A stretch of 64,000 nucleotides of DNA from Schizochytrium sp. TIO01 (GCA_004764695.1 SMSO01000031.1:8228761-8292760); one strand, 5' to 3'; shown: positions 36,601 through 50,311, numbered from the stretch's first letter. Numbers and translations: made by a program. The notes: a model not told the origin generated them from the sequence alone.

Positions 36601-37934
36601 TGAGCGATTGACAACAGAGGATCGATTGATTATTTCGAACCGTCGAGCGGAACCGGACCCGCTTGTCAAAACAACGTCGACTTTTATCAGTCGAAGAGCA
36701 CGGGAGAACCTGCGCTATGCACCATTTGCCGCGATCACGGTCGCCACGATCGCAGTTTACCGTGATCGTGGCGCTGCAAAAGGGCGACGGATGACAGTTA
36801 TTTTTTTGTTTATCCATTTCAATTGTCTGAATTTGTATCCTTGCTGCCTTTGAGTTGTTCACCTTGCGTTGCAGGGCTCGGGTAGAAACACTGTTCTTCG
36901 CAGAGAGTGAGTTGTATTGGATTCATACTATTGTCATCGCTTCATTTCGACAAGACGCCAAATCAATCATCACGTGGTGCTTTTGTTCTTGGAAAAAATA
37001 GACAAGCGATCAATATGAAGGAAACTTGCGTTGATCGATCTATACACAAGCTGAGCAGACAGGAGTATTCATGAAGAGAGAGCAGTGCTTAGTAGTGTCT
37101 GCCCTTTGTGGCCGATCTGACTTCTTTTATGCGGGCAGATTCCAGGTTCTTGGCACGTGTGTGGATCTTGCAAAACAAATCTTTGGCAGCTTGAAGGATG
37201 ATTTTCCTCTCCTCCTCTTGAATGAATCAAGTCTATTGTCACCAATCTTTTATTTCCGCTGTTTCACTTGGCATTTTTTTCCTTCTTCAAAAGTAAAAAC
37301 ATTTTCTCTTTTTTGCTTTACATATTTTTTAATATATAAAATAATCAATTTTAATTAAATTAAAAAAGAATCATTATCTAGCAAAACATCATGTAAAAAA
37401 TAAATAGCAAATGTGAAACTACTTTAAAATTACTACTTTTAAAAATTTCAACATATAGTTATATTTTTATCTCCCCATTACATACACTTTCATTTACCTG
37501 AAAGATTCACTTTGGCACTGGAAGCATTTTATATTCAATTTAATTAACATTCTTTTTAAATAAATAAAAACAAAAAGGTACTAACAATAACCTGAGTTCA
37601 AAATCAAACGATGAAACAACTTTGTTAAACAGTGGTTAGAAAAAGCGCTAGCTAGACTCCTACCGGCGTAAGCTCTGGGAGCCCTAGCTCTCTCTAGTAG
37701 CGTCTAGAAAGAATGACAAAGCGAAGGAAGGAAGCTCGTTCCATCCATCCCTCGCTCACAGATGCGTTCATCCAATCTATCAAAGACAAAGACAGCTGCG
37801 CGTGCGGGGCCCAGCTCTGGCGGCGGAAGTGGAGAAGGCCTCGCGTGGCTGCGGCGCCACGCCCGTTCGCCCGTGCCTCCAGCCGGGCGCCTGCTCTGCT
37901 CTGCCCATCCCTACCATCTCCTCTCCAGCTTGAG

Positions 37935-37982
37935 CTCGAAGAAGAACTCGAAGAAGAACTCGAAGAAGAACTCGAAGAAGAA
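37935..37982. repeat. (CTCGAAGAAGAA)4 tandem repeat
   Basis: Four perfect 12-bp units. Confidence 0.95.
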
Positions 37983-40043
37983 CTGAAGTCGAAGAGACCT
38001 CAGAAAGGACAGAGCACATGCGTGCCCATGCGCCCGCCTGCTGTCAACTCCAGGGCGCCGAAGAGAGCCTGCCCAATTCATTCCAATTCATTCCAATTCA
38101 TTCATTTCGATTAACTCGAATGATTGGCATTTCTTGACAAGATTATTCATGGAGAGATAGATGTATGTTCGGGCATAAACTTCATCGACGATGAAAGTCA
38201 ACGACGATGATCAACGCTGGAAGAGGTAGGAGCGACTAACGCGGTGGTGGGAGCACTACGAGCCGAAGTAGTTCGTCTGTCTGCAACCGATGGTGAATGC
38301 GATAGAGGAAGAACTCGAGGCGCTGGGACCAATGTAGAAGAAGAAGAGGAAAAGGAAGAGGGTGTGCGAGCGTACCTCGAGCTAACGACGGGGAACGGCC
38401 TCACCGTGGTCATTCATTCATTCCTTCATTCATTCATTTATTCATTCCTTCATCCGTGGTGAATCATCGCGTTGGAAGTGAGGCTCGTCGGTGGGAGCAG
38501 CAGTGTCGAAAGCTCTCTTCAATGAAGTTCTTTGCTGTCTGTCTCTCTGTGTCTGTCTGTCTGTGCATTCACCTATCAAGTTGAAGTATCAAGTTCGCAA
38601 AGGCTTCTTTCTTTCTGTCAAGACTGCAGGAACACTCGAATGCCAGGAGTCAGCTTCAAGACAGCTTCAGGACAACTTGAAGACAACTTGAAGCCAGCCA
38701 GCGAAAGCAAAGCAAAGCAAGACAAACTGGGCAAGATCGAGCCCAACAGTTTGAGCCGGTTTGCTCCGTTTGTTGGATCGTACTTCTGGCAATGCCAAGG
38801 GACGATGTGGCCAACAATGTCGTGTGCAGCAGCACCAACAGCAGCAGCGCCAGCGCCAGCGTCGTCGTTATTCTTGGCCGTCTCAGCCTGCTCTGACCGA
38901 TCGTGATGCGAGAAGTACCTGCGCAGGGTGCCTGGGCTGTTCAGGCGAGCTGGGTACGACCGAGAGAGGGTGCCGGTGGCTGCTGGGTAGGTAGCTGGTG
39001 CAGCTTGTCTCGGCGCTAGATCGTAACTTCGAGGAAGAGAGAGAGCCCTCGTGATGGATGTCGCCCGCCATGAGTTTCGTGATTCTCCAAGCTGCAGGCA
39101 ACGATGAAGAGCCCATGAACTCAGCGAGCTCGTACATCTATCTATATGCAGACAGACATTATATCCACATCAAGGCATGAGCAGATGGCGGCAGAGACAC
39201 AATCCTGGATTCGAGGCGCGGCAATCTGCACGAAGCGCTGGCCGTCGCCTTGAGAGTACGTACCTCCTGGTGCCAGGCATCAAGAGGTGGCTGCTGGCGA
39301 AGCAGCTGGTTGGGCAAGCAGGTTCACTCGCTGGCGGTGGCGGAGGATGAGTAAAGCTTCGATGAGATCAACCAACTCCTCTGGCAGTTCCTGCAAAAGA
39401 TCCTCCTCGCCATGATGGCTCCAGATGCAGGATTTGAAATCCCATCTCGATGCCCACCACCTCCACCACCACCTGGGTGCTGCTCTGCCGTGCCCGCTGC
39501 CTCGTGTTTACTCGCTCGCACCCTCCGGCGCATCGGCGTCTGCACGCAATCGCAATCGAGCAGCTCTCGCGATGGGTTCTGCCGCCGCCATTGAGCTCGC
39601 TCGAGAAGGCTCTTCGCATCGACAGGACGTCCATGTTTTTGCAGCGCAGCATTGCTCTCGCTTGCTCGCATCCGTATCCGTGTCCGTGTCCATCCTCTGC
39701 GCTCGCCGCAGGCACCGAGTCCACATCCCCGTGTGAACTTCGCTAGCCGGCAAGGGAATCGAAATCTGAATCCAAACGTCGCTGTCCCTCCTCTTGGGCT
39801 TGAGACGATGCTGCTCAAGGTCTCGCCGAAGTGGACTTCGCCAGCGCCGGCTTCAACGAGAGAATCAATCAAATTGATCTTCGTCGAGCAGAGTGCGGAG
39901 ACCAGGCATCCCGCCACCCAAGTGCCGAGGCTTTCTGTGTCTGGTGCTGCGTAGATTGATTGACTGACTGACTGGTTCAACCAGTCTGCGAACGAGCGAC
40001 TCGGCTGGGTGCTTCTCGTGGCAGTGCAGTTTGGGCTCCTCGC

Positions 40044-40110
40044 CGTCGTCGTCGTCGTTGTCGTCGTCGTCATCGAAGAAGAAGAAGAAGAAGAAGAAGA
40101 AGAAGAAGAA
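40044..40110. repeat. Compound (GTC)n-(GAA)12 microsatellite
   Basis: Directly visible; explains the poly-V/E/K/S/F pseudo-ORFs in the track. Confidence 0.95.
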
Positions 40111-42384
40111 GAGGGCTGGCAAAATCTTGGCGGCAATCTCGAACGAAGTTGTTATTGGGATCAATTTTCAAGGTCCAGAGTTCCAGAGTGGTCCTGGACT
40201 TGCTCGCCGAAGCCCTCCACGGAGCAGGCGAGCAGCTTCATGGTCACCTTGGGGCCGTCACGGACACCGTGGGGAATGGACATTGGCTCTCTGCGCTCGC
40301 AGGCTGCCACGCGAAGGTCAACAGCAGCGGCGTCACGAGCGTTCTCAACAAACAACTTTGAAATATCCAATCCAATCCAAGCAATTTCAAATTTCAAATT
40401 TCAAGATAGATCTCTTCTCTCTCCTTTTTTATGTTTCTTTTTCCCCCTTTTTTTCCTTCTTTTTTTTAAACCTTCGAAAGTTACATTTTTAGTTTCCCTC
40501 TTTCCCCCAAAGAAACAAGGAAACTCGAAGATTTGTATGACAGAAATGAGGTCAACGCCAGGGCTGAGGCAGCTCGACAGCCACGGCGGAGGCCTCAGGT
40601 CTCGACTCGCGCGGCTCTCCCCGAAGAAGTGCCGGTAGATGGATGAATGATTCAAGGAATGAATGAGGGAATGAAAGCCGGAGCCCTCATTGTTAGACCT
40701 GGGAGCGAGCGAGGAGGCACATTCATTCATTACGAAGAGCTCATGGTTTCCTGAGCAAATCCAAGTAAGTAATTTTTCAATGGAGAAAAAACTCCAACTG
40801 GCCTTCCTAGGCGCCCATGTAGCAGTGCGGGGTAGAAGTGGCGGGAGGGTATAATAATAAAACCACCAAAGTATTCACAAGACTGAGACGGCGCGAAACC
40901 CGCAACCAGAAAGAGCAACTGTTAAGAGGCGTGTGTGGACTCACTGAAAGAGTTGTGAACTTTGCCGCAATCGCAGTGGCCACTTTGCAGGAGGTCTATT
41001 CACCGAATATGGCAAAGAAGTACTACTCATAATAAGTACTGAGAAGTTATTCCTCCTTCTTCTTCTTGTTTCTTGGTTACCATTACTGAGGGTAAACTTA
41101 GGGGAGAGTCCTTTTAATCTTAAAGAACAGCAAGATAACCAACCCTTCTTCATACAATATTGACCCCAGCCAATTAAATAATAATTTTAATTAAAAGATG
41201 AGTATTCTTTTTTTTTCTTTTAACTTTAAATAACTGAAAATGACATTTATTTTAAAATTGCTTTTTACTTCTGAGAATATGTTAAAGTAATTTATGTATC
41301 AATGAAACTAAAATAAAAAAGGGGGGAAAAGAGCTCCAAAGAAGAAGATGAAGAAGAAGAAGAAGAGGGCGAGGAACTGCAAATCGAGATTTTCGCCATT
41401 CTCTGCAAATTACCGCATTTTGCTCTTTCTGGCAACTTTTACTTTGTTACAAGTATACCAAAAAAGCAGCAAAGGGCTTTCCAAGAACCCCTCGCAATAA
41501 GATGATGAGGCCGACTGATGATGGACGAAGCAGAAGAAGGAAACTCTCTGAGACGAAGCCAAGCTTGCCTTCGCAATCTGCCCTACTCACTGCAAATAAA
41601 TGAATAAATTAATAAATGAATGAATGAGTAAATGAATGAATGAATGAGTAAATGAATAAGGAAAGCGCCTCTGTCGTCCACGCCGCGGCTCCCATGGAAT
41701 CGTGTCCTCCTTCTTCCAAGCGTCGCCTTCTTTTGGCTTCGGAACGTCCACAAGAGTCATCGTAGCTGATCAGCAGAACTCAAGCTGTCCGAAGAACCCG
41801 GAAGCATAAGAAGAAGCAGCCGTTTGGAAAGGCCGTTGCCTGAGGGTACCCGCAGGTGCCGGGTCCGGTGGGAGCGCGCCACCGCCAGGCAGGCAGTCCA
41901 GTTGAAGCAGGCCCCCGCACCCCCTCGTACCGGACTCGCGCTTATGTGGGAGCCCTGCGCTGACTAACTGGCCGGCAGCGGCTGCCTGACCGTCACAGTT
42001 GTTTTCTTTCTTTCTTTCTTTCTTTCTTTCTCACGCACTCATAAACAGAGTCTCCTTCTCCGCCGAAGAAGCAGGTTTGGAGCGCCTCGAAGGACCAAAA
42101 GGAAAGAAGAGAAAGCAGTCGATAAACCAATCGATAGATTAATCGATAAATTAATCGATCGTCAGTCAGTCAGTCAGTCAGTCAGTTAGCAAAGTTATGC
42201 TCTTTGTCGCTTTTTTTGGTTTGAAGGAGAATGAGGGAAGGAAGGAAGGAAGGAATTTCTTTGTTTGAATTCCTTTGTTTATTCAGTCATTCATTCGGTG
42301 ATTCTTTCAGTCGGCGACTTTCTCATTCGGTCACATAGCCATTTATGGCGGTGATTGAGCTTTTGGAATGACTTTTGGTTTGAG

Positions 42385-42423
42385 TTTGGTTTGGTTTGGT
42401 TTGGTTTGGTTTGGTTTGGTTTG
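42385..42423. repeat. (TTTGG)n pentanucleotide repeat
   Basis: Directly visible. Confidence 0.9.
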
Positions 42424-45400
42424 ATGTGATCAGGCGCGAAAGGATCTTGGTCGTCGATTGCCTTATCTGCCATTCAATCATTCATTCTTTCTTTCTTTTT
42501 TCCTTACAACATTAATATTGTAGACTCTTTTTCAGATAAATGATAAATGCTTTTTTAATTTAAAAAATAAATAAAACAATAAATAAAGTTTTAAAATCGA
42601 AACAACTAAAAAATAAAACACAAAAGAAAATGTTAGGTTCACTTTGGGTGGTTCTGTTTTTGCAGAGCTCAGTATACTTTTGCAAAAAGAGAACCCCGCG
42701 TTGTAGGTAGTAGATGGATTATTACCTTTAGAGGCGCCTTTATATCAAAGGGAAGAAGAGGTTTTGCTACGCTTTGGGCCGATTGCAGCACATGGCCTTT
42801 CGCTGGTCCTTTCGAGTCCACGCTGCTCTGCGAAATTGTGGTGCAAGGTTCGAAATCTTGAAATGATTTTGCAATTCTGCAGCTCTCAGAAGAATAAACA
42901 GCCATTCGGAGCATCAGATAAGCGATCGATCATCCATGTCGTTCGATAAGTCATGAGCGTCAATAGCGCGGTCCTCCTTTTCTCAAGCTGGTCCTTCTTC
43001 CTGTTCCTTTCCTTGTTGGTATATCTATCTACCCATCGAAGATAAATAAATCTATCTATCTCTCTTCTTTTCATCCATCCAGCCATCCATCTCAGGCTGT
43101 CTGTCATGTCTCTCCAGAGTTCTTTCTGACCACTCTCTCATCACCACCATGACCGCTATCGAGAGATCGATATCTGGTAGTCTGCATTGGTTGCTTTTCG
43201 TGAACCATGATCTTTGAAGAAGACAGTTTTAGACCACGGTGAGCAGGAGGTTAGGGCCCATCGAGAGATCTTCAAACTCTGCTGAGGCATTCCGCTTGGG
43301 CAAGGACTTGAGAAGAAAGCGAGGGACTTACTTGAGAGTTTGGCTCAAGCCTTGCGTGCAAAAGCACAGCCTCAAACGCGTAGTAGCTGGAAATGCGAAT
43401 GCGTCCAACTTGAAGAAGGCCTCGCCCGCTTGAAACTGCGCGAATTCGTCTTCTCCAGTTCGCGGTAATAAATCAACATCTACTGGAGCGTCCCAATTTC
43501 CGCGTTCAAGTTGACTTTGGCCTGCCTGCCAATTGTTGCCAAGGCGAATAGGAGCTCGAGATAAGATTCGCGAGCCCTGGTGGTCCAGAGCCCGCCCGCT
43601 CGTGGCCGGAGCTCGTGGCCTAACTGTCCAGAATCCCGGCGGCCTCGCGGACCTGAAAGGTCCGCGAGCATGATCATCTGATGCTGCTAGCTTTTACATA
43701 TCCCTAGTTCCACTTGGCAATGCAATTCGATTCGAAGGACGAGTTGTCAAGAGCAAGGAGATCTTTCAAGTTGCGGCAGGCTCCGACCAAAAGTTAATTG
43801 ATTGAAAAGCCACGAGCCCGAAATACTCGAGGTAGTAACTTCTCGAAAAGTCATGACATAGTAACGAAGAACTTGAGGCGGCACAAAACGATCCACCACC
43901 CACCCGTCCACCCGTCGATCCATCCATCCATCGATGTATTTATTTCAAGTTTGGCGCCATCATCTTCACCGAAGAAGCAAGCAGTGGTTGGTTTCTTTAA
44001 CCCGGGGCTGGAAGTAGATAGCACAAACGGCGGTCTCGTAGCGCCCGAGTTGTGACGTGGGAACAGGAGCGACGATCCTTCACTTCCCGCCTCGCTGTCA
44101 AAGTCACTGATGCCAAGCTGAGCCACGAAGATTTCCGAGCTCCGTCGCTCATGCCTGTCTGCGCCTGCGTGAGTTCATGTCGCCCTTGGCGCGATGAAGA
44201 CTGGCGTGCCGTGACAGCCAGAAGGAGCAAAGCCGCAGCAGCAGCAGCAGCAGAAGAAGAAGAAGAAGAAGCAGAAGCTACTGTCTTCTTTCACGATCTG
44301 GTCGCCTGGCCTCGACAGAAATTCTAATTTTGCGTGCGGTCAACAAGAAGAACTTTGAGTCCAAGCCACTTGAACTTGAACAAGGAAGCTAGCTGGTCGC
44401 CTGGCGGCTGCATGGCCGGCTGGCTGAATGCGCGACGAACCAGCGAGCGGTTTACAAGTACGGGCGCTTCGAGAACCGCGACTGGGCTGACTGAGTGGAG
44501 CGAGGGCGCCCCGACAGGCCACGGCGGCGAGGTTTGAAATCGTTCATGATTCAAAGTCCACTGAGAGATAAATGCACGAAAGGCAGCCAACTATGGATGC
44601 ACTGCACCCCCTCGATCCACGGAAGGAAGCTCGTCTGCCTTGAAGTTTCTAGCGTCTCATCGCTTCGCACGAGTCAAGCCCGCCAAGCCAAGCCAAGCCC
44701 GCCAAGATCGAAATCTGGATGATCAAGATTTGTACATTTGAAAACCACAGATAGACAGCCAACGAAATCACAGCGCCGCTTCTGCTTCGTGGTCTGCAAA
44801 AAATCCCAGGCGGCCACCGCCGAGAGAGAGAGAGAGAGACCTGCTCGCGGCGGCGACCTTCGAGGCTCGGCCAGCTTCGAGTTCGAGAGTTGCTTGCGTC
44901 AATTCATTCCACCTCTGTCTGCGAGCAGCGGGCTCTGCACTGACTGCCTGACAGCGCGTCCTCATTCAAATTCTGTGGCTTCGGGCACAGGATCAGTGTG
45001 GGACCAAGTGAAGAAGTCCTCAATTCATTGAAAACCCAACAGCAGCCAAAATAAAGAACAGAAAGCTTCTTCTTCTTCGGCCTTGAATTAGAAGAGCGCA
45101 TGGGCCTTTGGCCTTTGTATCTATCTGTCTTAGATCGATCTATCTGTAGATCTATAGATCTATGGATCTATCTTTCCCTGGATGGAAGAACGAGCGTTAG
45201 GTAGTTGGCGCTTGAAGTGGCAGAGGCTCAGTCAGTGAGTCAGTGAAGCGCGCTTAACTTCCGAAGGGCGCGAAGACTTTTCATGGACCTTCCATTCATT
45301 CACATATCGTCGCCTGTAAACGCAGACTCGCTTGCTTTACAGGTAAGTCTTCCTTCTTTCCTTTCCCCGTTTTTATTCTTGCTATTACTATTTTTAAAGT

Positions 45401-48400
45401 AAAATAATGCTTTTATTTTTTATATACTTAATTTTTTGATTTTTGGAGGGAATAGTACCTTTGATCTTTCTGTACGAAAAAACGGGTAGTAGGGGCTACA
45501 GTGGCGCTAGCTTGCCTAGTTCTTTTGACGAATGTATTTCACCTTCTGATCTCTAAGCAAGTTAAAAATACATTATAAAAATATAGCGATTGAAACGAAT
45601 TGAGCAGCCGTCATTACGTAGGATCGTCGCAGAATGGATAATCGAGCTCATACGCCTCCTCCCTGCGTGAGTGAGTGGAGCAACGAGACACTTGCCGCAG
45701 CGCCTCTGAGACCGCACGGTGGCCGTTTGCTCTTTCGGCAGAGCTGCTCTCTCCTTCGGTCTAAGTCACTCACTCACTCACTCATTCACTCACTCACTCA
45801 CTCACTCACTCACTCGACGGTAACATCATTTGAGCACTCCAGTTATTTAGCATTTTTTAAAAATTGAAAAACAAAATGAAAAAACAAGCAATGAATGAAT
45901 GAATGAATGAATGTTTTGGCGTATTACTTTTGCTTTCGCGCGCAGAAGAAAAGAAAGAGACCCTGAAAATGACAAGGAAGAACAACAACCAAAATCCTCG
46001 CATCGAAGTTACTTAAGATCTCAGGCTCTTCGATTCGCTCGAAAGATGCCTCAGCTGCGCGGCATCGGGCGCTGTTTACGCACTGGTTATTCACTCACTC
46101 ACTCACTCACTACATCACTCACTCACTCACTCACAGGAGGCTTCTTGTTCTCCCTCCGTCTTTCTCTCTCTTTCTCGATGGACGATGGAGGATGGGAAGT
46201 GAATGGAGACTGTCTATGAGAAGGATGGTGCTATAGTGGACTGACTGAAGGGCTGTTTGCTATTGATGACCTCTGAGATAAATATAAAAGAGAATCTATC
46301 AATCGATTGATCAACGATCTCTCTTGAAAGAGGGAGAGAATTGTTTAAACTAAAGAGAAATGGGCGTTCGTTCTGGCACTTTTCTTTTCATCGAAAATTG
46401 TCACCGATGAAAGAATGAAAGAAAGAAAAAAAGAAAGAAAGAAACTCTTCCACTCACTTTGAATGAAACTTCTCTCACGCTTGAACTATAATGCAATTGG
46501 TATGTACGTGAATGCAAAATGCTTTCCACCAATAACTAAATTTTCGCGCGAATAGCCATTGAAGAGAAGAAGAGGAATAGCTTGAAGGAGAGATATGATG
46601 CGATAAGAGAAAGAGGTGGCGCCCGAATGATCTGCATTATTAGATGTACCAAGGGTTTCGGAAGGGCTTCGACGTCTTCGTTCTCACTCGATGGCGTTCG
46701 AATTCTTTGGTGCAAGAAGAGGCGAATCTGCTGCGGGTGACTTCAGGAGACAGCGAAGCCGTGTAAGCGCAACGTGGACAGTTGGTCGTCTGCTGCTGTA
46801 GATCTCGCACGCTTCGAGCGGTTTCTTCTCCTGGAGCAGCGAAAAGAGAGATTTTCTGCATGAATAGAAAGAAAGCTTTGTCTTCTTCGTTTGAAAAGGC
46901 CAAAATGTTACTTCTTTTCTTCTTGTCTTTGATTTATTCCTTTCAAAGTTCTTTTGTCTGTTTTGTCTTTTTTCCTCTGCTTAGCTTACTTACTCAACCT
47001 CATGAACCAAGAGAGCGTAAGCGGTGCCTTTCTCTTTCTCACCGCGCTGCTTTGAACCCCTTCTGTTTCAAGTTCGTGGTTTCACCCAATCCACTCAAAT
47101 ATAGCAGTTGTTTCTCCCTCCTCATCTCATGTCTGTCTGTCTGTCTGTATGTATGTCTGTTTTTTTATTATTATTACTATTATTATTATTAGATAATATG
47201 TTTGACTTGTCGCCCAATTTAAATGTATGTATTTTTAAACAGATGTTTTTAAACTAAGAACTGAATGATGTTTATTCCACTTATTTATTACCTTTATACT
47301 ATGAATACTGCATTGTGTGACGTGCCTGTCTCCGTCTGTCTGTCTTGCACTTTGAAGGTGGAGTGCACATCGGTAAGGCACTAAGGAGGGAAGGAAGTAG
47401 CGGAGGAGGATGCTAATATCAGGAGAGAGGGATGGAAAGAAAGAAAGAACGAAAGAAAGAAAGAAAGAAAGAGGAAAAAGAAGGGAGATACATATGGCAT
47501 GATGAATTTGAGAAAATCGACAGCCAAAAGTCAGTCGCTGGCGAGCGAGCGAACTGGCTTGGGCAAGGCCTAGGGAAGGGCATGGACACCCGTAAGAGGC
47601 GTGGGAAATGAGGCGCGGAAAAGATTGATTTGGTTGCAGAAAAGAAGGACAAGACGAGGCTTTGAGCCACCTTTTCAAGGGGCACGAGCAGCCACAGGGC
47701 TTGGATCACTCGCCTTCTTCTTCTTCTGAGGAAATTGTAAGTTTTTTTTGGCTGTTTTTTAACTTTTCAACTAAACAAACCAACAAACAAACAAAGTTTT
47801 TCGATTGAATTCTTTAAACTTCGAAAACTAATCTATAGAATGTTGAAATTTGTCTGAAAAGTTGCTGGGAGAGAAGAGGAGACTTGAGGAACATCGTTGT
47901 GAGGTTCCGGAATGACAAAGGATGATGAAGAAGTGGTAAGGAAACCTTTCTCAGGGTTGGCACCTTTGTCGATCACCGCTGACGGAGTGACAGTGGCGGG
48001 AGGCGGCTTCTCTTGAAAACTAAATAATTTTATCTGTTTATCTGTTTATTTACTTACTGCGTTGTCTTCGTTCGTGATTAAAACTGTTGTTTTCGTCGCA
48101 CAGAACAGATCGTATATATTTGCAAGGATAAGGATAACTAGTTTAATGTTTACTTTTAACATACAGAGTTTTGCGATATTTTTAGAAAATGAGAAGTAAG
48201 AAGAATAAAAAATCTCGCGTCAAGAAGGATTTCAGAAACTCCAATAGAAGTTTCTGTTTAGTTCATGCTTGAAAAGTTTAAAAGTTTATGAAGGGGAAAA
48301 AGGAAGAACTAGTTTTAATTTTCTCAACTTTAAAAAAAAAAAAACTTTAAAAAAAAAACTTAAATTCTCTTTGCGCTTCTGCGTTGTTGCTGCGTTTGAG

Positions 48401-48756
48401 TGATATAGAGTACCCTTTTTTCTTCTGAGACCTCCTCTCACCATTCTCTCCTTCAAAAATGTAAAGGATTAATCAACGAAATTCTAATAACAGGCATTTT
48501 AAGAATGAAAGAATGTAAATTAATTATTTTTATTTTTTTTAGTCTGTTCCTTCGCATCTCTTTTCCTTTCTCGAAACCAATTAAAAGTGTAACTTTTCTT
48601 AACCAAAGGGGAAAAAGAGATACTTTAGAAGAATGAATGATACCTCCTTTCTTTTAAACCTCATCCGCACATACATATTATTTGCGAATAAAACCCCTTT
48701 TCCCACATTTGAAAATCAATAAAATAATTTAATTTAATTTTAAAAAATGGAAATGA

Positions 48757-48780
48757 ATCGATCGATCGATCGATCGATCG
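48757..48780. repeat. (ATCG)6 at the AT-to-GC boundary upstream of the pseudokinase
   Basis: Perfect self-complementary tetranucleotide repeat. Confidence 0.95.
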
Positions 48781-50311
48781 AGCGAAGTAATCAAACAATC
48801 ACTCATCTCACATCGCTCGACCTGCGCAGGCGAGCGGAAAGTAGAAAGAGCAAAGAAACTCAGCCAGGCCGCGCAAGAGCGCTGCCGCACTGCTCCCCGG
48901 CGGCAGACCCCCTACTCGCCTCGCCCCTACTCTCTCTCACCTTCGCGCGCGGCTCCTGAGCGGATCAGCGAGCGGCAGCAAGGAGGGAAGAGAAGAAAAG
49001 AAGACTAAAAGAGATCGACCAATCGCTCGCCCCCTTCAAGACGTCATATCGTCTCATCTCAACCCGGAATCGCCGGCCTCCTCGCAGCAGGTCAAGCCGC
49101 TGGTCTGCCAGGCCCCCGGCTCTCCGCGCCGCCGCCCCCCTCCCCTCGGCCGCCCGCCTGCTGCTCGGTTCTCGCGAGAAACCGAGCCTAACTCGAGCGT
49201 GGTCTCTTCCATTCACCGGGATCCTGCCCGCCTTCTCGACGGAGAGAGAGGTGAGCACAGCCGCATCCGGTCTCCCGTGGGCTACCCTCGAGCCAGCGGC
49301 AGAGCGACGCGGACAAGCAGACAAGCAGACAAGGCCCTGTCTCGCAGCCCGCTGCGCCTCTGCGGTGTGTAGCGACGAAGGCAATAGCGAGCGATACTCA
49401 CGCACTCCTCCTCAAGGCGCTGCCTTAGTTAGCTAGCTATTCAAGAGCAGCGAGCCCGGTTCCCTGCGTTCCCTCGACTGCTTTGGAGCAAGTGGAGGGA
49501 GACAGGAATCAAGTGTCGCTCGAAGTAACGATTAGGCTGGCTAGCTGTGCTCTGCTCTGCTGCGTTCGACTGTCTGGCCGAGGAGAACTGACTCTGGTGC
49601 TTGATCTCTTTGGCGGGTTGCCTGCTGGTTCCTTATTTTAGCAGGAGTAGGCGTCGACGAAGAAATCGATCGCTGCGTCGAGCTCGATAATCGTTTGGTG
49701 TTGCGAAGCAAAAGAGGATTGCTTGCTTTGCTTGCTTTCTGGTATCTGGGATACATACATACATACATACATACTGTGTTGAGCACTTGTGGGCGAGGGA
49801 GTCGAGAGCGAAGAGAGCCAGGCCGAATCGTACCGTTGCAAATTGTGGGCGCGCTTGCAGAACCAAGCAAGGCACGCTGATATTCTTCGGGCTTCCACAT
49901 TGACTCGCCCGTGTGTGTGTGTCGGTGTGGCATTAAATTCGGCTGATTGAATTGTCCTTCTTCCCAATCAAGGAGAACTATATCGCCTCCACCTCTAAAA
50001 CAACACCTTTTTTGTCCAAAAAAAAATCTCGCAAACTACACATCGTCTGTCCCAGGTGTGACCCCCCCTCCATCCTTGAAAGAAAAAGAAACAAAGTCGC
50101 CTCTCTGCAACCCCTGAGTGAGTGGACAAAAGTTAGCGGCTAGAAGATAACCGCGACTTCTTCAACTCGTGCCCAGGTGTGTAAAACAAACAACAGAGAT
50201 AACCACTCTCTACTTTGACTTAGTTCCTCGCATAGGCAACTAGAGGTCGAACATAATTCTCAGCATCTGTTTGCTTTTTTTCACAAACAGAACCAAATCA
50301 CACTCTCACAA

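Noticed and set aside
37935-37982. Short direct repeats as a CRISPR-like array
   Set aside because: Head-to-tail units with no spacers, in a eukaryotic context with no cas genes.
28200-50100. Dozens of 60-270 aa ORFs in the desert
   Set aside because: Mostly GTG/TTG starts, overlapping on both strands, built from microsatellite translations, with no domain motifs.
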